Source: Chloroflexota bacterium (GTDB lineage: Bacteria; Chloroflexota; UBA11872; VXOZ01). Taken from it: a stretch of DNA of 64,000 bases. Location of the stretch: positions 3,232,001-3,296,000 of the forward strand of contig OY760183.1 of assembly GCA_963663275.1 (NCBI GenBank), read 5' to 3'. Shown here piece by piece: positions 37,931 to 46,595 of the stretch; position 1 is the stretch's first letter; each line of letters begins with the position of its first letter. The translations under genes were made by a program, and so were the position numbers. The notes beneath the pieces are model-generated. The model made no database searches. It saw nothing but the letters and a program-made list of their open reading frames with translations, and was not told the origin of the DNA.

Positions 37931-39193
37931 ATGCAGACCGTAGAGCAAGAGCAACTTGCCATCGACGGCGGCCCCAGGACCGTAGACTACAAGTTCCCCA
38001 CCAACAGCGACATCAGCGGCCGCATGTTCGGCGACGAAGAGATCGCCGAACTGACCGACGTGATCCGCTCCGGCAACCTGAACGTGCTCGGCGGGCCCAA
38101 GGTGCAGCAGTTTGAGGAAGAGTGGAAGCGGACCTTTGGCGTCAAGCACGCCGTTACCAGCACCTCCGGCACCGCCGCGCTGCACGTGGGCGTGCTGGCC
38201 GTGGGGCCCAACCCCGGCGACGAGATCATCGTCGCGCCGATTACGGACATCGGCAGCCTGATTGCCATCCTCTACCAGCTTGCCGTGCCGGTCTTCGCCG
38301 ACGTAGACCCGCTCTCGGGCATCATTACCGCCGAGACCATCGAGCCGTGCATCACCGAGCGCACCGTGGCCATCATGGTGGTGCACCTCCAAGGCAACGC
38401 GGCGGTGATGGACCCCATCATGGAACTGGCCCGCAAGCACAACCTGCTGGTAATCGAGGACTGTTCCCAGGCGCACATGGCGGCCTACAACGGCCGCTAC
38501 GCCGGCACTATCGGCGACATCGGCTGCTACTCCTTCCAGCAGAGCAAGCACATGACCACCGGCGACGGCGGCATGACCGTGACGAACAACGACTACCTGG
38601 GCGAGCGCATCATGCTGGCCCACAACAAAGGCCGGGGCCGCAGCGGGCGCGAGAACCAGCCGCCCTTCCTGGCGCCCAACTACCGCATGACGGAACTGCA
38701 AGGCGCGGTCGGCCTGGCCCAGTTGCGCAAACTGCCGACCATCACGGGCCTGCGCACCAAGTGGGGCAACATGCTGAGCGACCTGGTTGAGGACGTGCCC
38801 GGCGTCATCCCGCCGCGCGCGCCCACGCCGGAGAGCACCCACGTCTTCTGGAATTGGTGCCCGCTGGCCAAGCTGGAAGAACTGTCCGTCGGGCTGGACG
38901 ACTTGTCCAAGGCCTTTGCGCACGAGGGCGTGGGCTTCGGCGCGGGCTACACGCGCACGCCGATCTACGAGTACGACGTGCTGAAGAACCGCCGCTTCTT
39001 TGGCGAATCGGCCTTCCCGCTGCTGGATCCCGCCAACGGACGCGACGTGCGCTACTACACCGGCATGTGCCCCAACGCGGAAAGCATCCTGAAACGCATG
39101 CTCGTGCGGCATATCAACGAGAAGTGCACCGAGGAAATGATCCACGACATGGCCCGCGCCATCCGCAAGGTGTTCACCCACTACGCCCAGTAA
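37931..39193 (+). CDS. DegT/DnrJ/EryC1/StrS family PLP-dependent aminotransferase
   Basis: Motifs SGTAALH, VIEDCSQAH, PLP lysine in SFQQSKHMTTGDGG, NYRMTELQGA. SD GGAGGAG. Confidence 0.93.
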   Translation: MQTVEQEQLAIDGGPRTVDYKFPTNSDISGRMFGDEEIAELTDVIRSGNLNVLGGPKVQQFEEEWKRTFGVKHAVTSTSGTAALHVGVLAVGPNPGDEIIVAPITDIGSLIAILYQLAVPVFADVDPLSGIITAETIEPCITERTVAIMVVHLQGNAAVMDPIMELARKHNLLVIEDCSQAHMAAYNGRYAGTIGDIGCYSFQQSKHMTTGDGGMTVTNNDYLGERIMLAHNKGRGRSGRENQPPFLAPNYRMTELQGAVGLAQLRKLPTITGLRTKWGNMLSDLVEDVPGVIPPRAPTPESTHVFWNWCPLAKLEELSVGLDDLSKAFAHEGVGFGAGYTRTPIYEYDVLKNRRFFGESAFPLLDPANGRDVRYYTGMCPNAESILKRMLVRHINEKCTEEMIHDMARAIRKVFTHYAQ

Positions 39194-39372
39194 GGCGCGG
39201 CAGCGAAATCCCACGTCCGAAACACCGCTCGAGACCCTTGCGCAGCCTAAATCGGACATCCTGTCCCCTCTCCCTGGAGGGAGAGGGTTAGGGTGAGGGT
39301 GGCCTCTGGTTGAATATCCCCTAACCGCTGACAGACCGTGACGGTAAGCAGAAGGACGAAGGCGCAACAGCC

Positions 39373-40287
39373 ATGAAAATCTACATCTTTGCCGACCAGG
39401 AGGGCGTGGCCGGCGTCTTCAACCGGCGCGAGGGCTACCTGAACGCCAGCGAATACGCCACCATGGAACTGGCGGCAATCTGCGAGGCGCTCCTGGACAA
39501 CGGCGTCAGCGAGATCGTGCTGAACACGATCCACACCATGGAGTACCACAAGCTGCCAAAGCCGGTGCAAATCATCCACGGCCTGCCCCGGCACGACATC
39601 TTTACCGAGTGCCTCGACGAGACGTTCGACGCCGCCATGCTCGTCGGCTTTCACGAGATGGCCGGCAACCGCGAGAAGGGCTGCTGGCGGCACAGCATTC
39701 TGCCTCACCCCATTACGCGCGCCTATAGCGCCGTGGAAGGCATCTGGCTGAACGACCTGCTGGTGGGCGAAATCGGCATCTTCGTGGCGTTCGCGGGCAT
39801 CCACAACGTGCCGGCGGTGCTGAACACCGGCGACTACTGGGCCTGCCTGGAAGCCGAAGACCTGGTGCCCGGCATCGAGACGGTGGCGGTGAAGAAGGGC
39901 ACCAGCCACTTCAGCGCCATCTCCATGACGCCCCAGGCCGCGGCGGAAGCGGCGGCGGCAGGCGCGGTGCGCGCGCTGGACAAGATCGGCGCGGTGCAGC
40001 CCCTGAAGCTGGCAGGCCCGGTGACGCTCAAGGTGAAATACACCTTCGCCGAGCGCGCTACCGACGCCATGAGCGCGGTGGCCAACGCCTTCCGCATCGA
40101 CGAACAGACCGTGGCCGCCACCTATCCCAACATCGCCGCCGTGCGCGACAATCTGGGCAACCTGCGCGCGCCGGAAATGGAAATCTACGCCAAAGACTCC
40201 GGCTTCAGCCAAACCACCGGCTTCTTCACCCGCACCGGCGGGGAGCCGTACGAGAGCAAACCGACGTATCCGCCGCCACGCAGATGA
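39373..40287 (+). CDS. Peptidase M55 (DppA-like D-aminopeptidase) family protein
   Basis: Motifs MKIYIFADQEG, LVGFH, WRHS, VGEIGI, TGD, VAVKKG. Confidence 0.85.
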   Translation: MKIYIFADQEGVAGVFNRREGYLNASEYATMELAAICEALLDNGVSEIVLNTIHTMEYHKLPKPVQIIHGLPRHDIFTECLDETFDAAMLVGFHEMAGNREKGCWRHSILPHPITRAYSAVEGIWLNDLLVGEIGIFVAFAGIHNVPAVLNTGDYWACLEAEDLVPGIETVAVKKGTSHFSAISMTPQAAAEAAAAGAVRALDKIGAVQPLKLAGPVTLKVKYTFAERATDAMSAVANAFRIDEQTVAATYPNIAAVRDNLGNLRAPEMEIYAKDSGFSQTTGFFTRTGGEPYESKPTYPPPRR

Positions 40288-40407
40288 TGCAGCCGTCAAG
40301 TCGTCTGTTTGCCTATGGCTTCAGCGGCGCGTTCCCTGCGTAGGGGCGGTTCGCGAACCGCCCCTACCGCTGCAGCAGACCCTTGAAGACTGGAAAGGAA
40401 AAGACGT

Positions 40408-40635
40408 TTGGCACCGAATCGTGAGAGATTCTCCTGCGAGGTAGACTCAGATCTCCTGGCCGCTTTACGTACGATCGCTGATCGCGAAGGGCGCAAGTTT
40501 GAGGACGTGCTGGAAGACGCCATGCGCGACTATATTGAAGCGCGCGCACAGGAAGCGCCGCGCGCGTCCGTAATGGCACACTTCCGGGCCAGTCTCGATA
40601 AGAACCGTCAACTCGGTAAGTTGCTCGCCGAGTGA
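40408..40635 (+). CDS. Ribbon-helix-helix antitoxin-like protein with no intact toxin
   Basis: FSCEVDSDLLAALRTIADREGRKFEDVLEDAMRDYI is an RHH pattern. The stop overlaps a GTG-ACG-GAC start. Confidence 0.75.
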   Translation: MAPNRERFSCEVDSDLLAALRTIADREGRKFEDVLEDAMRDYIEARAQEAPRASVMAHFRASLDKNRQLGKLLAE

Positions 40636-40660
40636 CGGACTCATCCCCAAACGTCCGCTC

Positions 40661-40810
40661 AACAAAACAAAAGGAGCGCCCGGTGCACGTGCACCGCTGG
40701 CGCTCCTCTAATTTCCTGAGGCCGCTCCGCAGTCTCGTTACCGAGACCTGACGGAGGCGGCCCTGGATCTACAACTTACATCCATGGGCATCACCTCCTT
40801 TCTCTTGCGA
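40661..40810 (-). ncRNA. Candidate stand-alone small RNA or mini-ORF transcript
   Basis: Promoter TAGACA-18-TATGAT (40843-40814); AGAAAGGAGGTGATG; 15-codon ORF at 40785-40738; hairpin at 40720-40762; terminator at 40672-40707 followed by a U-rich tract. Confidence 0.6.
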
Positions 40811-40979
40811 CCCATCATACACTATGGGCGGCCACGCTGTCTACCCGGCTATCACGCCCAAGAGATGAGCAACCCCGATCGCTTCCTCATCACTCCCTTG
40901 CGGAGGACTTGGGCCGGTTACCAATAGTATCGCACTGACCGCTGCACCGACAGAGGTGGGGCAAGTAGGCGCCGCCGTC

Positions 40980-41740
40980 CCCCGTAGCGCAGGTTCGCAC
41001 GGGACGTGCGCGTAACGTGCGTCCGCTGCGTGGTATGGCGCCGCCGCCCCCGGTAGTGCAGGTTTGTAACCTGCATCTGCTGCATGGCCTGACGCCGCTG
41101 TCACCCGTCAGTCGTAGCGCGGGGGCTTGTCCCCAATACTGTCGCATTAACGTAGCGCGGGGGCTTGTCCCCCGCCGGGGTGTGAAGAGCGAAAAGCGAT
41201 CACCGGCGGTTGCGCATGAGCAAACGGCGCCCACATATCGACCCCGTACCTGCGCAGGTTGCAAACCTACGCTACCGGGGTGTGCGACGCGGTGTTTTCG
41301 CCATGACACGCAATGTGACAGCATTGGGGCCAGCCCCGCGCTACCCTACGCCAGAGGCGGGGGACGAGCCCCCGCGCTACTACCACGCCACAGGCGAGGG
41401 ACAAGCCCCCGCGCTACAATCACGCCACAGGCGGGGGACGAGCCCCCGCGCTACAACCACGCGACAGGCGGGGGACGAGCCCCAATGCTGTCGCATTAAA
41501 CACAATGAGAGTGAAAACAACGCTCGTTTCTCCGGTAGCGCAGGTTTGTAACCTGCGTCTTCCGTAGGGTCAATCCATTTCGTTAGCATTTCTCTTATTC
41601 CGGCGGGGGACAAGCCCCCGCGCTACGTTAATGCGACAGTATTGGGGACGAGCCCCCGCGCTACAATCACGCCACAGGCGGGGGACGAGCCCCCGCGCTA
41701 CAACCACGCGACAGGCGGAGGATAAAGCCCCCGCGCTACG
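40980..41740. repeat. Large REP mosaic: ~37-bp tandem family A units, a ~65-bp inverted repeat, and family F palindromes
   Basis: 41114-41178 is near-perfectly inverted at 41600-41664. GCGGGGGACGAGCCCCCGCGCTACAA.CACG..ACAG is repeated at 41357-41480 and 41644-41738. Confidence 0.9.
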
Positions 41741-41762
41741 TTGCGCGACGGCATCAAGGTGG

Positions 41763-42527
41763 TCACGGCGCTTGTGCCAGGCCCGCGTTGTGGAGGAAGG
41801 CCGTTAGCAGGTTGCGCATCTGTTCTCGGTAATGGGGTTCGTAGCGGGCGAACTCGCGCAGGTGGCGGGCCGCTTCCTCGTCGGGGTCGAACCGGTCGCC
41901 CATCAGGGCGTAGTCGGCGGCCAGTTCCCGGTTCCACACGCGCAACTCTTCCAGGGTGAGTTGCGGCTCGAACTGGAACCCGTAGGCATTGCCGTAGCGG
42001 AACGCCATGTTGATCCTGCGGTAGCGCCCGTCGCGGCAGAGCATGAACCCTTCCGCCAGGCGGGTCGCGCCCTGGGGGATGGAAAAACACTCCCCGTGCA
42101 GGGTCGGTACCAGGGGAACGGCCAGGTTGCCAAAGACCGGGTCGGCGTCGCCGGCGGCGGTCACGTCCAGTTTGCGCAGGCCGAACTGGTAGCCGCCCGT
42201 CGGTTCCACCGTGCCGCCCAGGGCCGTCGCCATGATCTGCGCGCCCAGGCAGACCCCCAGCGCCGGCGTGCCCCGCTCCAGCGCCCGGCGCAGGTACGCG
42301 CGCTCCTGGTGAATGGCGGGGTAATCGTCGTTGGCCGACTGCGGGCCGCCCAGCGCCACAATCAGCGCCACCTGCTCCAAAGGCGGCGGCGCAAAGCGGT
42401 CGAACGCCGGAGCCGACTCGAAGACGTTCAGGGGTTCCAGTTCAAAGCCGTGTTGCGCCAGCACGCCGCTGAAATTGGCGGCCAGGGTCTCCGGCTCGGC
42501 ATGGCGAATGATCAAGGCGCGTTTCAT
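41763..42527 (-). CDS. Class I glutamine amidotransferase-like protein with an altered catalytic triad
   Basis: LGGPQSAND and GVCLGAQ (catalytic Cys) are present, but the sequence reads FQFEPQ where FQFHPE is expected. Confidence 0.85.
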   Translation of the reverse strand: MKRALIIRHAEPETLAANFSGVLAQHGFELEPLNVFESAPAFDRFAPPPLEQVALIVALGGPQSANDDYPAIHQERAYLRRALERGTPALGVCLGAQIMATALGGTVEPTGGYQFGLRKLDVTAAGDADPVFGNLAVPLVPTLHGECFSIPQGATRLAEGFMLCRDGRYRRINMAFRYGNAYGFQFEPQLTLEELRVWNRELAADYALMGDRFDPDEEAARHLREFARYEPHYREQMRNLLTAFLHNAGLAQAP

Positions 42528-42830
42528 CGGTTTTCTTGGGTTGAAACCTTTGCGCAACGATGCCTAATGGCTGAAACGGAATCCAGCCCTTGCCAATTCC
42601 CCCTCACCCCGGCCCTCTCCCCAGGGAGAGGGGGTCGTTTCGCCTGTTTGGGAATCGCTTCAACCGTTCGTGCTGAGCCTGTCGAAGCATGAATGGAGAG
42701 AGGAGTGTTGGAAGTCTTCCCCTTTTCTCCGGCGTTCACTTTGCGATCGTTCACCCTTCGACGCGCTCAGGGCGAACGGTCGCAGCGTAGACGGTCGAAA
42801 GGTGAACGGTCACAGCGCGAATGCGCCCGC

Positions 42831-44339
42831 TCAGAGTTGCTTGCGCGGCGACGGGTCGCGGCGGTTGGGCGGCGGTTCGCTGCGGCCCAGGATGACGTTA
42901 GCGGCGTACTGGCGGCCCGCGTAGGGGTCTTCCAGCCGCAGCATCCAGTCCCACAAACGGTCGGTCAGTCGCTCGCGTACGTCGGCGCAGTGCGGATTCT
43001 GCGCCAGGTTGTACGTCTCGTGCGGGTCGGCCTCCAGGTCGTAGAGTTCGTCGTAGTCGAAGCCGTTGAAGACGAATTTGTAGCGCCCGTCGCAGATCGT
43101 GCGATTCATGAAGTAGAAGATGTTGCCGTGGTCCTGCATGAAGAGTTCGCGGTGCTCCAGGCGGTCCGCGGCGCCGTCCTGGCCTGTCAGCAACGGCGCA
43201 AGCGAGACGCCGTGCGCGCCCTCCAGCGGCTCGGCCCCGGCCAGATCCAGGAAGGTCGGCCCCAGGTCCAGCGTGCGCACGTAGGCGTCGCACACCTGGC
43301 CCGCGGCGAACCCCGCCGGCCAACGCGCGATGTAGGGCATGCGGTGGGTTTCCTCATACGGCCAGATGTCCTTGAACCACAGGCCGTGCGCGCCCATCAT
43401 GTCGCCGTGATCGGAGGTGTAGACCACCAACGTATCGTCCGCCTGGCCGGATTCATCCAGAAAATCCAGCACCGCGCCCACGTAATGGTCGATGAGGGCG
43501 CAGTACGCCCGGTAGCAGGCAATGGACTTGCGGGTGTGCTCCTCGTCGATTTCGCGGAACCACGTCTCCCGCGCCCGCCGCGCGTAGGCCGGTTTAGCCG
43601 CGCCGTCCGTGTAGAAACTGAGGGGAACCGGCACGTCGCGCCAGTCGAATTGCTCGGCGTATTCTTTGGGAACAACGTACGGATTGTGCGGCCCGGTAAA
43701 GTTCATCCACAGGCACCAAGGCGCGCTGCTGGATTCGTCGGCCAGCGCGCGCAACTGCTGCAAACCCGCTTCCGCCTGCATCGCCGTGGTGGTAGCCTCC
43801 GGCGGTTTGTCCTCCACGCCGTAGTGCAGCCAGTAGACGCCGGCCGCGTCGTGGAAGCCCCACGTGCCCGGGCGCGGCCCGCTGCCGGCGCTCGTATTCG
43901 CCCCGCCGCCCTGCTGCTCGGTGCGAATGCGGTGATCGCGCTCGTACGCCGCCCGGTCGAACGCCCGTTCCTCCGTATCAAACCCCAACTCCACCGGCCC
44001 CCGCTCCCAGCCCATGTGCGCCTTGCCCGCGTACCTCATGCGGTAGCCCGCCGCGCCCAGGTTCGGCCCCCAGGTGGGCACGCCCTCCCGGATCTCGCGG
44101 CTGACGGCATAGGGCACGTGGCAGTTGTTCAGCACGTGGTGGGCGTGGGGATAGACCGCCGTGGCAATCGAGGCCCGCGCCGGCGCGCAGGGGGTCGTCA
44201 CCGTATACCCCCGCCGGCACCAGACCCCCTCCCGCGCCAACCGCTCCAAATTCGGCGACCACCCACCCGCCGCCGGCCCCGCCGTGCCATACTGCTGCTG
44301 GTCGGACATGATGAGGAGAATGTTCGGTTGCTTGGTCAT
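42831..44339 (-). CDS. Cys-type (formylglycine-dependent) sulfatase
   Basis: Motifs PNILLIMSDQ, CAPARAS (CxPxR), GKAH, GPHNPY, YTSDHGD, ELYDLEADPHE. Confidence 0.93.
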   Translation of the reverse strand: MTKQPNILLIMSDQQQYGTAGPAAGGWSPNLERLAREGVWCRRGYTVTTPCAPARASIATAVYPHAHHVLNNCHVPYAVSREIREGVPTWGPNLGAAGYRMRYAGKAHMGWERGPVELGFDTEERAFDRAAYERDHRIRTEQQGGGANTSAGSGPRPGTWGFHDAAGVYWLHYGVEDKPPEATTTAMQAEAGLQQLRALADESSSAPWCLWMNFTGPHNPYVVPKEYAEQFDWRDVPVPLSFYTDGAAKPAYARRARETWFREIDEEHTRKSIACYRAYCALIDHYVGAVLDFLDESGQADDTLVVYTSDHGDMMGAHGLWFKDIWPYEETHRMPYIARWPAGFAAGQVCDAYVRTLDLGPTFLDLAGAEPLEGAHGVSLAPLLTGQDGAADRLEHRELFMQDHGNIFYFMNRTICDGRYKFVFNGFDYDELYDLEADPHETYNLAQNPHCADVRERLTDRLWDWMLRLEDPYAGRQYAANVILGRSEPPPNRRDPSPRKQL

Positions 44340-44385
44340 TCAAACTGCCCTTCAAGTCGTTGCCTAAGCACGGCGAGTTGTATGG

Positions 44386-45780
44386 TTACGTTTGAAAGTG
44401 GCCCTTGACAACTTCCTCAATGAAGTTCGTCGCAATTCGCTCAATCTTTAGTTTCTCGCATCTGTTGGGTCCGTAACGCGCCACAAACAACTCATCCTTA
44501 GGCGCGTAACCAATTTCACGCAACTTAGGCACATTTGGTGCCGCAATGTTGTCAAGCCTTTCAAAATAGAAGGATGATGCTGGCTCTTCTCGAGACAAAT
44601 GGAGAGAAACTGACGCATGCTCCGACATTGGGTAGTTTGCGTATCCGAAAAAGTGAAGATACCTTGCTGCCTTGTCTCCACTGCGAAAGTCTAATCGGAA
44701 AAACCAGGTCTTCTTTGCTGACTGTCTCTGGCTCAGGGCTAGATACTTCTCAAACTCAAGGACGCCAAAGACTTTGAAGTAGACTCGACCAAGGGGGGTT
44801 CTCTCATTTATTTGATGTACAAGCTGCTGGTAGTGGTTCACCAAGAGTTCCATAGCACTCCGCCACAACTCATACTCATTTCTAATTCGACCCTTCTCGG
44901 GCTGAGAGAACTTGCTGGCTATTGACTCGGCCCATTCGATCTGCTCCCTTTGCTCTTGCGCTGCTGCTTCGTATTCTTCAAGAGTTTCATCGACGCTTTC
45001 AAGCAACAGTGAAATAAAGGGGGTCAAGTTCGAAATTTGCGACTCCTCTAGGGCATCATAGTAGCGTGCCCTGTCTTCTCTTGTGATCACTGCAATAGGA
45101 AAGCCAGCTCTCATCAGTACCAAGTTCATCAAAATGCGTGCAGTTCTACCGTTCCCATCGGCAAAGGGATGAATCTGGGCAAACCAAGCGTGGCAAGCGG
45201 CGGCAGTCTGAATAGTGTTTTCAGCCAAGTCGAGGGAGGCTGGGCTCAACCACTCTATGAATTCCCGCATTTGGGGTTCGACTTCAATCGGACTGGGAGG
45301 GGAAAAGTCAGAACCTGAGATTGCCACCTCTACATTTCGGTAGGCCCCAGCATTGTCATCATCGATTCCTTGAAGGATTAGCTTGTGGACCTGCCTGATA
45401 TCTTGTAGCGTTATCTGTTCTTCAGTGCTGGATGCCATTTGTTCCAAGAAATCAAGGGCTTGGCTGAGGTTCTTCGCTTCGGCTTGATCTTTCAACGGCT
45501 TTCCTGCAATCGTCAGGCCTACCTCTACAACCTGGCGCGTCTCGCCGATGTCGAGCAGATTGCCCTCTATTGCGTTTGAATGATAGATATTCTTAATTCG
45601 GAAGTGGCGACGAATGTGACCCAGCACCTCTGGTGCCAACTTGCCGACCTTGCGCATTTCACGAACACGCCCGTTAAGCTCTTCAATTTGCTCAAGTAGC
45701 CCCGCATCGTATTCGAAAGGCGTACCTTCTACAGGGGTGAATTCTCGCTCTTCTTTCATTTCACTTTCAATCTCGCTCAC
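44386..45780 (-). CDS. Fic-domain protein with an intrinsic inhibitory helix and a C-terminal extension
   Basis: Intact HPFADGNGRTAR motif and SNAIEGN inhibitory motif. Lower GC than the flanks. GTG start after AGGAGG (45759 and 45813 are alternatives). Confidence 0.9.
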   Translation of the reverse strand: MSEIESEMKEEREFTPVEGTPFEYDAGLLEQIEELNGRVREMRKVGKLAPEVLGHIRRHFRIKNIYHSNAIEGNLLDIGETRQVVEVGLTIAGKPLKDQAEAKNLSQALDFLEQMASSTEEQITLQDIRQVHKLILQGIDDDNAGAYRNVEVAISGSDFSPPSPIEVEPQMREFIEWLSPASLDLAENTIQTAAACHAWFAQIHPFADGNGRTARILMNLVLMRAGFPIAVITREDRARYYDALEESQISNLTPFISLLLESVDETLEEYEAAAQEQREQIEWAESIASKFSQPEKGRIRNEYELWRSAMELLVNHYQQLVHQINERTPLGRVYFKVFGVLEFEKYLALSQRQSAKKTWFFRLDFRSGDKAARYLHFFGYANYPMSEHASVSLHLSREEPASSFYFERLDNIAAPNVPKLREIGYAPKDELFVARYGPNRCEKLKIERIATNFIEEVVKGHFQT

Positions 45781-45894
45781 TCTGCGCATCCTCCTGATCA
45801 TAGGGTGAATCACTCATGCCGCGCGTTCGTGGCTCCGACTTCTCCACAACGGCCAAAGTCAGGCTCAACCAACTTTCGTGGAACATGGCGACAC

Positions 45895-46320
45895 TTAGAG
45901 CCTCACCCGCGGCCAGGTGGTAAGCAAGCCCACCGCCAAGGCGGCGGTGACGACGTGCATGACCATGAGGCTGATGACGGCGGGGATGGTAGCGCCGGGG
46001 GCGTCGACCACCAGCATGAGGACGTTGGGGATGAAGGAGAGCACGAGCAGGACGCCGGCCAGCCAGCGGTAGATGATGACGGCGCGCCGCGTCAGGCGCG
46101 CCAGAATGGCAAAGACGACGGTTGCGCCAAAGACGCCAATCACGGTAAAGACGATGATGCCGCCAAACTCCGCCAGCGCCTGGAAGAGCGGCGAGATGGG
46201 GAAGAACGCCATCACCAGGCTGCGCACGATGGCGTTAGCGAGCAGCGAGAGCACCAGCGCGGCCCCGCCGGCCAGCCACACCCGGCTGATGGCGATGCGC
46301 TCCGTCCGTTCCGTCGTCAT
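45895..46320 (-). CDS. DUF6069-like membrane protein
   Basis: Four TM helices with LVLSFIP and LMVMHVVTA motifs. Confidence 0.7.
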   Translation of the reverse strand: MTTERTERIAISRVWLAGGAALVLSLLANAIVRSLVMAFFPISPLFQALAEFGGIIVFTVIGVFGATVVFAILARLTRRAVIIYRWLAGVLLVLSFIPNVLMLVVDAPGATIPAVISLMVMHVVTAALAVGLLTTWPRVRL

Positions 46321-46595
46321 GTCGGCTCAATTCTCGTGACGGCTTCCGCGGGAGTTGCCAAAGGGTCTCCTCCGGCAGCGCGGGTTTCGTCCATAAGGCC
46401 GTGTACCGCGCGCAACGGCTCCGTTGGCGGGTGTATGCAAGAGCAATGTCGGATCCGGCTACTCTCGCCCGATTCCAAGCGATAGGCCATGTCCTGAGCC
46501 TGCCCACCCTTCGACACGCTCAGGGTGAACGGTACGCTCAGTGCGAACGGTACGCTCAGGGCGAACGGCTGACGTGGACGTGCCGAACACCCTAC

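Noticed and set aside
40789-40803. 16S rRNA 3'-end fragment
   Set aside because: Only the anti-SD-like 15-mer matches. The flanks are not rRNA-like, and it is better read as an SD on the minus strand.
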